From a virus (Duplodnaviria > Caudoviricetes), in the IMG/VR virus record IMGVR_UViG_3300028591_000104, positions 86,487 through 150,486 of that record: a stretch of 64,000 nt of DNA. The stretch is one strand, 5' to 3'. This document shows positions 37,301-50,078 of this stretch, piece after piece. Position numbers and translations under genes: made by a program. Each line of letters opens with the position of its first letter. Within the stretch, counting starts at the first letter, position 1. The notes under the pieces were generated by a model. It did not search any database and was not told where the DNA came from. It worked only from the letters and a program-made list of their open reading frames with translations.

Positions 37301-40300
37301 TAAGATTTTCTTGGTCTAACTTATAATAATCTTCAATTTCTTTTAAGTATTGCTTTTGGATATCAAGTTCTTTTTCTAAGGCTTCTGTTTCTCTATCTAT
37401 GTAATCAAGTTTAGCTTTACCCCAAGCACGAGATTTAGCTTTATCAAGTTTCTTGAGAATGTCAAGTTGGTCTTGAAGTTGACGACTTATAACATAGTAA
37501 CGCTCTTTCTCATCTTTAAGTTCTTTCTTATCCTTTTTAGAACGAGATTTACCAGATCCAGAAGATTTAGTGGTTTTAGAAGTTGTTACTTTATCTCTTG
37601 TATAATGAACAGAATCTAAACCTACTAATTGTTTATGGCTACCAATTTTATTACCATGGGCGTCAAAATCATCTACTTCTTCAAATCTAAGTTCTCCAGA
37701 CCAGCCAGATTTTTCTAAAGCTTTATTTATTTGTTCACTGCTATATCCTGCAGCAACCATAGCGTCTAAAAGCTGTTTCATAAATTCACTATTGTCTAAA
37801 GTCATTCCAAAAGTGAATTCATTATCCAACTCATCCATTTTTGCCATAGCTTCATCGAAGTCCATACCCATTTTGTCTTTAAATGCTTGAGACTCGTTTA
37901 AAGCTTGATTTTCAAAAGCGAAATAGGCATTGCCTAAATCTCTGATAGCTTCGGCATCTCCAGTAGAAGCTTTTTTAATTAAATCTAAATTATTTAAAAT
38001 AAATGAAGTATCAATATCTTCATTTGTACTAAATACATTTTGTAAATCTTTATTAATATTTTCTAAGGCATTAGTATATTCTGTAGTACCTTTTAAAGCT
38101 GGATCTAAAGATTTTTCATAACTATCAAAATTAGAATTTAAATCTTGAATTCCTTTACTTAATCTAGCATAAGCTAATGCTACATCTAAAGAAGCTTCTT
38201 TATTACCTTTTAAATAAGCGTTATGTTTTTTTAAATAATCAGCATTATTTTTTAATTCTTCGGTGTCTATACCAAGAGCTTTTGCACTAGCATAAACAGC
38301 GGTTTCAAGCTGTTCATTCATAGTTACATTTTCTTTTATTTCTTCCGGTAAAGAACGATAAATTTCTTCTAATTCGTCTAACGTTAATGTAGAAGTGTCT
38401 GGTACAACATTTTTTAAAGCTTCTTCTAATCCTTTTCCAGATTCTAAAGATTCAAGCATCTGTTGATATTTTAAAAGAGGTGCTAAATCACTATAATCTC
38501 CCCCACCTTCTAAGGTTTTTCTATATTTATTAATAGCTTCTTCATTTGCTGAATATACATAACGTCCAGAATCTTCTCCATAGGCATGATGTTCTATATT
38601 ATAAAATTTGCTAACTTCTTCAGCTGTTATATCTTCTACATTTTTACCAAGCATTTTTACAAGAGAAGGTTTTAATGATTCTATAAGATCATTATAAGCA
38701 GATTCTGCCGTTGTTCCCTTAGTAGTGTTATAATCTAATAAATCAGACTAATTAGATCTAAGCTCTAGTTTATTAGCCTCTTCGGCCATTTGGTTAATTT
38801 GTTCTGCTGTTTTACCAGCTGTTAATTGTTCTACAGCTGTAATATCACTTTCACCTAATAATTTATCTAATTCTGCTTTAGATTCTGATAAATTTTTCCC
38901 TTGTCCTGCCTCAAAAACTTCTTTAATATTTTCTTTTGTAGAATCTACCATTGCACGATGCATTTCTTCTGTACTTTTTGTTATTACATAAGTACCATCA
39001 GCACATTCTTTAGTAAATTGAGATATATCTATACCTAAAGCTTCAAATTGGGCTTTTAATTTATCAAATCCTTCTTTATCTAAAACATCACCAATTTTTA
39101 AATTATTTATAGCATTTACAAAAGAAGTAATTTTACCAGATAATTCTTCTAGTTCTAACTTTTCAATATCTGCTTGTAAAATAGTAAGAGTGCGACTTAA
39201 ATTTCTTCCAGTAGCTTCGTAAGTAGCAAAAAATAACTCAGAATCATTTTTTAATGTATTTACTATTTTTTGAGTTTGTTCGCTATCTTTATCAAAACCA
39301 AGTGCACTTAATTGTTCCTAAAATACTTTTTCTCTACGCTCTGCTTCTTCTTCGCCACTTTTTGTTTTGCTTCCATTTTGAGCATAAGCATATTTATTAC
39401 TAAAGGCAGAAGTAATTGCAACACTTTGCTGCATTGTTTTTAACTGATCAGAATTTAAAAGTTGAGACATTTGATTAATAAATTCTGACTATAGTTCTTC
39501 AGCAGGAACATCATTTCCCCAACGTTTAACCCAATTGCCATAAACTGCATTTTCAATTTCTTTAAAATCAGTTACTTTAAAACCACCATTAGCTTCAGCT
39601 GCATTAATTTTTGCTTGAATACCCGCTTTATTATTTTGGAAGCTTTCTACCGCAATTTGCTTTCCTTGATTTGCAATAATTTTATCCATTTTCTTTTGGA
39701 CGTCACCAAAATCAATTCCAACATCTTGTAAAGATTCGAGTAAATCATTATCTTCAGCGGTTCCATATCTATAAGTATTTTTTTGAGCTTCTGCAATAAA
39801 TTTACTAAATTTAGCTAGAGTTTGATCGTCCATTTCACTAAGATTGTATGAGAAATCTTTTTCATTTACTTTAACTCCAGATAAATTTAAAGCTTTTAAA
39901 TCTTTTAAAAAGTTACTTTCTTTTTCATTTAAACTATAATTTTGATTGGTGAGTAAATTTGTTCCCCATTTTAATATACCATCATTATGTTTAGTACCAA
40001 TTCCAGTAACTCCTTTATCATTCTGCTGTAAAGAAGCAGCTCCAGCAGAAGACATACCATATCTTACTGATTGACTTTCTTCTATATTTAATTGTTTATT
40101 TTCTTCAACTAATTCTTTTTTCTTTTTATCAATTTGATATTCTAATTGATCATAAGCGCCAGCTTGAGCCAAAATAGCAGCGTTTTCTACTTTTAAAGCT
40201 TCTGCCACTTTAAGCAATTCATCACGATAAGCTTGTTTAGATTCTGTAGCCCCATCTTGTGCTGCTTTTAATTTTTCTAAAGCATCAATTTGAGTTAATA

Positions 40301-43300
40301 AAGCATTATTTTGTTCTACAGTTTCTTCCAATTCTGTAGCATGTTCTAATGCTTGTTCAGATTCTTCTTTTATTTTATTTATTTCATTTGCTACATAAGC
40401 TACCGTTCCAACAACAGCTGCTATAGCTACTATAGGTATTATTGCTTTTGCTGCACTAAGTGCTAAATAGCTTAAAGCTTGACCAAAAGACATAGTTGCG
40501 GCCTTAGCAGCTACTGAAGCAGCAGTAACCTCTACTTCAGAAGCTGCTAACAATTTTGCGGCGGCTGCATTTTTTATAGTAGTAACTATATTTACCTTTT
40601 GTAAATTACTAAGACCAGCAAATACTTTTTGTGCGCCCTTAATTCCATTAGTTAATGAAGGAATTATAAACCCTATACTAGTTATTGTCTGTAACATTGC
40701 TTGGCCTACAGTCATATTACCTTTAGCCACTTGATCCCAAGCTCGTTGTATAGATATAGCTTGATTAACGGCAGAACCAAGTCCCGTAAAAGCTTGGGCG
40801 GTTCCAGTAATTACATTACCTAAAGCTTGGGCATTGGCCGTAGCTGCTGCCATATTATCTGCTGTTGCATCTATATCTTGTTGAGATAAAACTCTTCCAG
40901 CAACTGTATTTTCAGCTTGCATGCCATGCGCTTGAGCTATATTCTCACCCTGTTTAGCAGCAGATTCTTCAAGCTCTTCAGCCCTTTTTTGGGCAGCTGC
41001 TGCCATTTTATCTTCCATGTCTTGAGCTTTTTTTATTTTATCAGTTGCTTCTTTCAAAGCTTGCTTATAGTCTTCTTTAATATTTATTTCATCATTAGTG
41101 TTCTCTGGAAGCGAGTTAATAAAATCATTTATTCTTACCTTCACGGCCGCAGCCTGTGAATTATATTGTGAAAAACTACCAAAGAAACCTTTATTAATTC
41201 TTTGCTGATTACCTTCTTTATCTGTCTAAGTTAAACCTTGAAATGTACGCTTCAACTGAGTCACTGCTTCATTTCTTAAATCATCAACTTCTGCTGTTAT
41301 ATCATCCTCTATCTCAGTTTGTAATTTTGCAAAAGTATCACTTTGACTTTGAAATAAATTCTGCTCAGCCTGTCCTGATTGTTCATTATATGCAGTAACT
41401 AAATCTCCACGTCTCTTTTTTAAATTATTAGTTACTTCTTTAGCTTCTTCTTCTGAAATAGTAGAATCACGTATTGCTTTATCTAACAATTCAGCATCTT
41501 TGTTTAATTTATCAAATTCTTCTGCTAATTTTTGTAATGAGTTAACCTAAGAATCATCGAATTTATAAAGACTTTGATTTTTTGCTGCAAACTGCGCGGC
41601 TTGCTCAACTCGCGCCCCCATAAGCTGCCAATTTCCTTCACCATTTTCTCCTGGCTCTGGTAATTGAGTTAAAATATTACTTACAGCCACTCTTCCAACA
41701 TGAGGATTTAATATATCTTTTACATCTTGCTCACGTGAAGGAATATAAAAATTTTGCTGACTTATTAATTCATTTGTATTTCTTTTTAAAACTTCATTTT
41801 GCTTTTCTAATTTACTAATATCTTCTTGTCTTTGTTTTTGTAATTCATATCCCTTAAGGGCTTGTTCTTGCATTATTTTTAATTGTTCTTTTTGTTCAAA
41901 AGTTAAATCTTTATTATATTTATTTAAAGTTTCTTGATACCTAATCATCGTATCAAATTGTTTATATTCTATAGAATCTGGTCCATATAAAGATTTAGCA
42001 GTATTCAAACCTTGTTGAACTGTTCTTTGTTTTTCTAATTCCATTGCTTCGCGGACACCGGGAAGCATCATTTTAATATTAGAAACAGTATTTGTAATAC
42101 TTTGCTGTAGCTTATCTCCAAACATAGACATTAAAAGCGGAGAAACTGTTAATAATACTCCTTTTATTCCACCCATATTGTCTATAAATAAATTTAAGGT
42201 TTTTAAAACGTCGGCTAAGTTATTATTTAAGTCTATAAAAAAATCATCTTCAATAAAAGTATCATAAAGATCTTCCCAAGCAGCTTTTACTCTCTTAGCA
42301 GAAGCTTCCCAACCTTCAGCATATATATTTTGCTGTTCTTGTAATTTTCCTTCAGCTCCACGAGCGACACTTAAATTATCTTTGAAGAAATCATAATTAT
42401 CCATTAAAGCAATAAGTTGGTTATACTGTCTCATACCACCAACAGTCTGAGCTAAAGCAACTTGGCTATTCTTGTCTAATGTTTTCCATTTGGCGCCCAT
42501 ATCATCAAGAATTTCATCCATATCTTTTAACTGACCATTAGCTTGGAAAATATTAACCCCAACCTGTTCTAATGCTTGTGAATATTTATTTAAACTTACA
42601 GTAGTTCCATTTTCATCAGTAAAACTACCTTCTAATTTTAAAGACTCTAAACGAGCAAACAAAGTTTTAAAAGCGGTACCTACTACATCCGCGCTCTGTC
42701 GTGTCTGTGCAACAACCGTTGCTAATGCAGAAGTAGCATAATCATAGCTTAAACCCACAGTATCAGCTACGGCCGCAAATTTCTCAAGACCTTGCGCGAT
42801 TTCGTCTGATGATGAAGCTGTGGCCGCGCCAAGTGCTGTAATCTTATCTGCGTAAGACTCAAGGCTCTCAGAGCCATCATAGAAGTTATTCCAAATAGCT
42901 GTCATCTGAGAAGAAACTTCTTCTGCAGATTGTCTACTTACATTAGCCAATTTTAAAGTAACTTCTGCTCTTTCTTTAACCTGCTCTTCGTCTAAACCTT
43001 GCTGATAGTAAATCAAAGCGGCATTAGTTACATCAGTAGTAGAAGTACTAAGTCTCTGAGCGGCCTGGTTAGCATAATTCGCGAACTGTGCCATTTCCTC
43101 AGTAGACTGTCCAGTTACTATTCTTATATTATTTAAAGATTTATTTAAATCCTGAGCATATCCATAAGCAGTTTGAATAGCTCCCATAAAACCATGAAGA
43201 ACACTAGAAGAGATTTGCCATCTAATCGTATTAGCTAAAGTAACACCCATTTCTTTCATAGTATTACTTACTCTGCGTAGCGGGATTTCTGACTGGCTTA

Positions 43301-43646
43301 TGCTCTTCGTTAATTGCATAAAAGCCTGTTGTCCTTCAGGACCCAACTGGTTTAATGTCATTGCATAATCTTTTAAAGTAGTGCCAGACATTTTTATTTG
43401 CTGATTAAATTTAGTAAAATCTAACTTACCAGTATCCATATTGGTAGCAGACTTTAAAGCTACTTGTAATTCAGCAATTTGTGCTTTAGCTTTTTGCATA
43501 TCTTTAGTAAAGCCGGTGCCAAAGCCTTTACCAAAATCTAATCCTGTATTAAGTTTATTTAATGACTGTAATAAAGAATTCATTTCTCGCTTGGCTTGAG
43601 AAGCATCAGCTGTTACAGTTAATTGCATGTTCAAATTTTTTGCCAT
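34383..43646 (-). CDS. Tail tape measure protein, about 3087 aa (6 TAG)
   Basis: TMP core (IRIVTG...YADKITALGA..SSDEIA), long helical/coiled-coil regions and C-terminal FDTGGYTG..LHQKELVLN. In-frame TAG at 41547, 41226, 39489, 39318, 38748 and 34956. Confidence 0.9.
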
Positions 43647-43677
43647 TGTATCCTCTCCTTTCTCTCTTTCTTTATAT

Positions 43678-43716
43678 AAAAAGAAAAAATCCCCTCTACA
43701 CCAAAGTAGAGGGGAT
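43678..43716 (-). terminator. Terminator-like hairpin upstream of the tape measure RBS
   Basis: ATCCCCTCTAC-loop-GTAGAGGGGAT followed by a U-rich tract on the minus strand. Confidence 0.7.
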
Positions 43717-43769
43717 TAAAATTTCTACTTCTATATAAAATAAAAATTACTTTATATAGATTATTTAAA

Positions 43770-44291
43770 TTAGCCCAGCTTCTTTACGACTTCGTCAACA
43801 AGCTCAAGGCCTTCCTTATCTTTTATTTTCTTCTGGAGGGCTTCAATATCAAAATCTAAATTTTTATAATCTTTCTTTAAACTATCAAGAATACCATAAG
43901 CACTAGTCTGATAATTTTCAAGCTTTCTTACATTTTCATCCAATAACCAGATAAAAATCCGTATATCTTCATTTTCTCTTAAAATTTCCATAATCTGTTC
44001 ATGGAAAGGAGCAACCATAATCTTATCATAAATAGGCATAGGGTTATCTATATCTTCATCAGTAAACTCTATATCAGTATAAAGTTTAAGAATAAAAATT
44101 TCCTTATAAACATCAAGATGTCCAGGAAGATAAAAACCAGTATCAGAATTAAGACTTAAAGATAAAATAGTAGAAATCGCATTAAGCTTTTCTTCTATTG
44201 GTACATATCCCTTAATTGTAATAGTCTCACCTTCATAAGTAATTGTATTATCTTTAGGAAATTCTATTTTTTCAAAATCAATTTTTGCCAT
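43770..44291 (-). CDS. Hypothetical protein (tail assembly chaperone position)
   Basis: 173-aa ORF with AAGGAGG RBS immediately before the TMP gene. Function inferred from position only. Confidence 0.6.
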   Translation of the reverse strand: MAKIDFEKIEFPKDNTITYEGETITIKGYVPIEEKLNAISTILSLSLNSDTGFYLPGHLDVYKEIFILKLYTDIEFTDEDIDNPMPIYDKIMVAPFHEQIMEILRENEDIRIFIWLLDENVRKLENYQTSAYGILDSLKKDYKNLDFDIEALQKKIKDKEGLELVDEVVKKLG

Positions 44292-44334
44292 TGTATAATG
44301 ACCTCCTTTTTCTCTTTTTATATTCTATGTTTAT

Positions 44335-44363
44335 ATTATAACATAAAAATTTTTAGTTGTCAA
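44335..44363 (-). promoter_or_regulatory. Consensus sigmaA promoter
   Basis: Minus strand TTGACA-17-TATAAT with extended TG. Confidence 0.8.
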
Positions 44364-44365
44364 AA

Positions 44366-46069
44366 TTAATGCTGATGGCGACCTAATTCAGTAATTTGCT
44401 TAATAGCTAAACTAACATGAGTAGACACACTAAATAAAGATAACATTAAATTTCTCATACGTCTAAAAGCCATAGCATAATCATTATAACCACCTGTCTT
44501 TTTTTCACTCTTTTCCCAACTATTTTTTAAATCAAGAGCAGGTTTACCATTATATTTAATATCTATCCCACCAGTATTTTTTTCTTTAAATAAAGTTGGG
44601 AAAGCACTAATAGGAATAACAACAAAATGTCCTACAGTACTATCGTTAAATACAAAATAGTTAGCTTCTAAAGTATATTGATCAAGAGCAGTTGTTCTAA
44701 CCCCTCCTGCTAAAGCCTTATAAAAAGTATATTCTTTCATTATATCCTTAGCTTTTGTGACTAAATCTGAACCACCCGTTCTATTCCATTCTCTCTTTTT
44801 TTCATTGTGGCGAGAATCTCCAGAAGCAGTTCTGGTAGTAGCGATATTTAAATAATGATTAATAAATTCATCTCTACCCTGAATTAAACGTATAAGACTG
44901 CCGCTATGTAGAGAAACTTTATCAAATTTCGCAGACTGATAATTTTTAATTGAAAGATTTAAATCTTCCTCTCCATCCATAGTAATAACGGCATCAACTT
45001 TATCTTGTGTGGCTTTAACAGATATTAATCCAGCATCACCATTAGCTTGATATTCTAAATAATTATTTCTACTATTTAAATCCCCTGCAAAAGTATGACC
45101 CTCATAATTTTCACCTGATAAATTTAAGTTTATAGCATAATTAGCTTGAAATAAACCTTTATGACTTGTATCCTTACCAGTAATACTATATCCATTATTA
45201 CTTTTTCCCTTCTTCATGCTTTCAGTAAAATTTTTCATCATATCATCAGTTATTTCTTTAGTTACTTTATTACCTTTTTGCTGTAACATAAATAATATTC
45301 CCATAGTCATAAATTCACCTAAATGTCCATTAGCCATAGCCTGATGAAAAATATAATCTCGCATTAAACTATTATATTTTTCTACGAAAGATAATGCATT
45401 CTCATTAGCCGTATGAGTAGTTACTCCATTTTTATTTACTACATCTTGTAAATAATATACTTTTTCACCTGTTTGTTTTAAATCTTTAGTTAATTGTTTA
45501 TCTAATTGTATTAATTCTTTTACTCTAGCCTCTATATCAGAACCTTTAGTAAATTTAGAATTATTATATGCTCTGTTTAATGCCATTATTCTTTGCTTAA
45601 TTGTTGAAGCTCTTACACTTTTAGCTTCACCAGTTTTATTAATATAATCTCCTTTAAGTCCCACTAATTCTCTAGGGTCTTTTCCTTCAGCGTAATCAAA
45701 ACGCAAATGTTCAAAATTTCCTTTTAAAACATCTGTTCTATTAAGTTGACTTTCTACCTATTCTAAAGCATATTTTTCCAAAAGTTTATATTCTTCTTCT
45801 GTAAGCTGAGCCCCTGTTAGAGGTGTCTTACCACGACTATTATAATAAAAATTCAATTTTTTAGCTAAATCATTAGCTTTTGTCCAATTTCCTAAACCTT
45901 TCTAATAATTAACAATATTATTATGTGCATCTTCTAATACTTTTTCAGGTCCTCCTGATGTTTTTTCCCAAGTTCCCGAATCAAACCTGCGGCCTGCCTT
46001 AGATTGCAAACCAAAAGCTAAATAATAATCTCTATTATAGTGAATATAATTATCAATAATACTGCTCAT
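44366..46069 (-). CDS. Hypothetical protein, 567 aa (2 TAG); possible PD-(D/E)XK-like motif
   Basis: ATG 46069 with AAGGAG RBS. TAG at 45902 and 45758. KVDAVI...LSIKNY motif. Confidence 0.65.
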
Positions 46070-46097
46070 TTTCTCCTTTTCCTCCTTTCCCGCATAA

Positions 46098-46135
46098 TAA
46101 AAAAATGGGAGTATAGAAATTAATCTATACCCCCA
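46098..46135 (-). terminator. Intrinsic terminator after the tail tube genes
   Basis: TGGGAGTATAG-loop-CTATACCCCCA with a U-tract on the minus strand. Confidence 0.7.
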
Positions 46136-46144
46136 TATAATTAA

Positions 46145-46303
46145 TTAGCCTAAGCCGTTCTCTACACTTTCTTCTTCATCATCTAAAAAAATTACTTCTT
46201 CTTCAATGATTTCAACTTTTGGCTCTTCCTTTTTAGCAACAGGAGCAGAAGGTTTAATACTTCTACTTCCGTTTGACCAAGCTCTTTTAGAATTAACTCT
46301 CAT
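46145..46303 (-). CDS. Small acidic protein (52 aa)
   Basis: MRVNSKRAWSNG...DDEEESVENGLG, TAA stop. Starts 2 nt after the tail tube stop. Confidence 0.45.
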   Translation of the reverse strand: MRVNSKRAWSNGSRSIKPSAPVAKKEEPKVEIIEEEVIFLDDEEESVENGLG

Positions 46304-46305
46304 AA

Positions 46306-47430
46306 TTAAAGAATACTTGTGTCAACCCCAGGAGCAGCTGTGTATGTTCTCTCACGAGCAGCATCACTAACTGCACCATCCTGGATAATCTGAACAGCTG
46401 CAAGAACCTTCTTACTTCTGTCAAATCTTGTGTAATCAGGCATAGCATCTACTGTAAATGTGAATGTAGAAGGATCACCTGTAGCAGCCATTGAAAGTGT
46501 GAAGTTAGACTGAATCTTACCATTAGGAATAATGAACTCAGCTGGCATATCAAGACCTTGCTGTGTTCTGAAGAGTGTATCAGCTTCAATGTAGAAAGAA
46601 CCACCAAACTTATCAGCTGTGATTTCAATCTGCTGAGCGCCAGATGCTTTCTCTGTATAGTAATCTACAAGAACTGCATCCTTACCAGAACCAACAAACA
46701 ACTTACCAAGAGGGATATCATCACCAAAGACTGGAGCTTTATTAGTAGCATAATTTGTCTTAGCTAAGTCATCACCTGTCTTCAATGTGATCTTATAACC
46801 ACCAATTTTTTCTGTAGAACCAGAAGTAATTTCTTCCCAGCTATCTCCATCCCAATAAACAGGAACAAAAGCTGCATCAGGATCAACAGGAGCATCTACT
46901 GTTCCAACATTAGGAATAAAAGGCTCAGAGAAAACTTCACCGTACTCATCAAGAACCATTACATAAATGTAATTAGAAGTAGGGTCTACTTTACCAGCAC
47001 TTGTCAAAGCCCAATAAGGCTTTTGAGGTAATACGATACTTACGCTGTCTACATAAGCTGAAGAACCAGAACCAGTAACATGAGTAATAATATCATTACC
47101 AGAAAGCTGAGAAGTAGTATGAACCTTCAAAGTCTCTTTACTAGAAGCTTCAAGAAGTCCTGCACCAGCAAGAATCTGAAGACCTTCAGAACTGATAAGA
47201 GCATCTTCCATGTTGAATGTTAATGTACGGTCACCATCCCAAGCAATAAGTCTAGGATTACCACGGCCACCCTGTGCATAAACAGTAGCTGAAGCAGCTT
47301 CAAGAGAAGAAGTCTTAAGAGTATCGAAATACATTACGGGCTCGTCTTTATAGAAAATTCTATTACCGACCTTCATTACGCCCTTTGCTTTGAAAACAAC
47401 ATCGCAAATTTCACGAACGCCATATTTCAT
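46306..47430 (-). CDS. Major tail (tube) protein
   Basis: KYGVREICDVVF, YAQGGRGNPRLIAWDG and GDPSTFTF motifs. Located between head-tail genes and TMP. No TAG. Confidence 0.75.
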   Translation of the reverse strand: MKYGVREICDVVFKAKGVMKVGNRIFYKDEPVMYFDTLKTSSLEAASATVYAQGGRGNPRLIAWDGDRTLTFNMEDALISSEGLQILAGAGLLEASSKETLKVHTTSQLSGNDIITHVTGSGSSAYVDSVSIVLPQKPYWALTSAGKVDPTSNYIYVMVLDEYGEVFSEPFIPNVGTVDAPVDPDAAFVPVYWDGDSWEEITSGSTEKIGGYKITLKTGDDLAKTNYATNKAPVFGDDIPLGKLFVGSGKDAVLVDYYTEKASGAQQIEITADKFGGSFYIEADTLFRTQQGLDMPAEFIIPNGKIQSNFTLSMAATGDPSTFTFTVDAMPDYTRFDRSKKVLAAVQIIQDGAVSDAARERTYTAAPGVDTSIL

Positions 47431-47462
47431 TTGTCTTTTTCCTCCTTAATTTAATTTTTTCT

Positions 47463-48203
47463 TTAATGTAAAGGTTTCATCCAGTTCTCAGGCTGATCAT
47501 TTGGAGTACCTCCAGCTAATCTTACACGAAGATCAATATCATTCTGAGTCCATAGACTAAACCTTTCAAATAAATCTGTGATTTGAAAAACTGTTAAATT
47601 ATTCAAATCTTCTATTGACATATGTAAACCAATAGCCAAAATAGAAATAAATCTAGACTACATAGAATCATCAGGATTCGCTTCAGCTTTTCTTTTAGCT
47701 AATTCAGCTCGTCCTTTATAAATCTTTTCTGCTATGCGTCTAGCTTTTTCATTTGCGGGATTGTAGACTTCGTGGATCTCGCCATCTTGATCCCTCTGTT
47801 TATCTAAACCACAAATCTTTTTAGCAATCTTTTGAAAATTATCAAAATTGCCTTCATCTATTATGAGATTTTCTTCATCTTTTTTACATAAGATTGACCT
47901 AGGAGTAATCATTATTTGCTATTGCGGCAGGAGCATTGATAACAGTGTCTTGACCGTTACCTTTTTATCTCTTGCCTCATCTTGTTGCAAAATAAACATT
48001 AGCAAATTAAAGTTCGACTCTATATTTATATCTTGGTCTTTAAAATCTTCTTTCGTAACGCACAATAATTGCGCTCCAACTAAAAAATCTCTTTCACCCA
48101 TTTTTGAAATTTCTTTAATAGTAGGCTGTTTAACTGTTAATTGACACTCGGGGATTGGAATATCAACCCCAGTCATCAATGCCAACCTATAATCAAATTC
48201 CAT
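47463..48203 (-). CDS. Hypothetical tail-region protein, 246 aa (2 TAG)
   Basis: Fragments joined by TAG at 47919 and 47658. Ends ...NWMKPLH, TAA. Confidence 0.7.
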
Positions 48204-48805
48204 TAATCCCCTCTAAATTCTTCAGGATTAAACAACTGATTAAATTCATCAATATATGCTTGCTCGTCAGCTGGATTGGGCATACCATAATTATCCTCGC
48301 CACCATGAACAGCCGCATACATTAAAGTTACTCCAGCAAATTCATCATTTAAAATAATTTGATTCATCCCCATAAACTGAAGTTTTCCAATACCGGTTAA
48401 ATGCCTATTATTAAAACAGGTGTCTATCTCCGCGGCAATACGCTACGGCCGCAACTGATTATCTTTGAGTTCCCACTGGTCAAAATGACAAATAATATCA
48501 AATGTAATTACATTGTCACGAAATTCTGGATTGTTCAAATTAAGGGTAAAGTTATCAAAACTTATTATTATCTAGTTCAATACAGACCCGTCTACATATA
48601 ATTTTGGTACACGCTTAATATTTTTTCCCATTAATTCCACGGTTTGCTCTTCAGTTAAATTAGGTTGATCTAAGGCTGTTTTTTCTGTATAATACAAAAG
48701 CTTTTTAAATCTTTCGTCTTTTAACAGCCAGCCTATAATAATGTCCATGTCCTTATCTACTGATAAAAAACTGGATTCAGGCTATCTATATCTATTAACT
48801 TTCAT
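48203..48805 (-). CDS. Putative tail completion/neck protein missing from the ORF track, 200 aa (3 TAG)
   Basis: AAAGGAG RBS. MKVNRYR*PESSFLS...SVLN*IIISFDNF...QLRP*RIAAEID. TAG at 48782, 48572 and 48443. Confidence 0.75.
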
Positions 48806-48826
48806 ATTACTCTCCTTTGTCTCTCA

Positions 48827-49795
48827 TTAAAGGGAATCTACCACGATAACCCTTTCAGCAGAGCCATACTTAAGAGTAAACTGGCCACTGTAACTCTGTT
48901 GCCATTTAACCTTAATAGTTTTACCATCTATAGCCTTTTGAATAGTTTTATTATCGCTAATAAGTTCCCATTGACCCTCTTCACTACCTTCATAAGTATA
49001 AACATAAGTTAATTTAGGCTTAATAAAATTTTCACCAACTATTAAATCCGAAGCAGGCTCAGGAGGGATAGGATCCACAATCAATCCACCAGCTATACCA
49101 TTTTCTAAATCATCTTCCATTTCATTTGAATAATATTCAACTGCTGTAAGTTCAATGATACCAGGAGTACTAATAGTATCGAATCCTTCAACTCGCCAAC
49201 AAATATCAGCTTCATTATCTTCTAAGGTTCTTAAATAAAATTTATTATATCTCTTAAAATATCTTAATGTTTCTGGGTTTTTAGGTAGTATTATATTTAA
49301 AGAGTGATTAGGTTCATCAACACTAATTCCACTCTTTTGGATGAAATTAATCTTGGTTTCTACTGGGCCACGAACCGCTGCCTAAGTAGTAACCACTTCA
49401 CCATTTTCACTCTTCCAACTTATAGTATAACGACATTTTCTTATGTCCCCACGGAAATAAGCTAATTCAGTTAAATCTTGTAAATAAACTATCCAATAGG
49501 TATCAGTATTTAACCATTTAAAAATATCACCCGGTTTATAATCATACTCATATCCTACGGATAAAATTTTATTGTCATAATCCATTGTAAGCTTGTTTGG
49601 GTTTACCAAAGCTCTAGCTACAACATCACTATCTAATTTTTGCACTTTAGCACCTTGCTATGAGTACAATACTGCTTTATCCAAAGAACGCCTTTTATCT
49701 TTAATCATTCTATCTTGCTGCGGGAACCCGCCATGTTGCTTCAAGCGAGCGGCCATGCCGCCCAAAGCACTGGGATAAGGTACATTAATTTTCAT
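48827..49795 (-). CDS. Putative head closure / head-tail protein, about 322 aa (2 TAG)
   Basis: AVLYS*QGA and VVTT*AAVRGPVETKI. TAG at 49658 and 49382. The start could instead be the ATG at 49756. Confidence 0.7.
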
Positions 49796-50078
49796 CTTGA
49801 AGCCCTCTTACCAAACTGATACATTCAAACACAGTCTTTCGATAAAAATCAAAAGCTGACTCACTATGAAGCAAACCTTCAAGTTTAGCCAATAAAATAA
49901 GATAGTCGTTTTGCGAGACATAAATCTCATTTAAACCAACTATCTCATTTATAACTGTTTCTAATTGTAAAATGTAATTTTCTTCGTTCTCTCTCATTGG
50001 GATAAGCTTATAAAGATGATTAATTAATCGGCCACTTTCCTGACGTACAGGAATATCAAAACCGTATTTAGTCATCAA
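49785..50078 (-). CDS. Hypothetical protein
   Basis: 97-aa ORF (LYKLIPMRE...RKTVFECI) with GGGAGG RBS. Confidence 0.7.
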   Translation of the reverse strand: MMTKYGFDIPVRQESGRLINHLYKLIPMRENEENYILQLETVINEIVGLNEIYVSQNDYLILLAKLEGLLHSESAFDFYRKTVFECISLVRGLQDEN

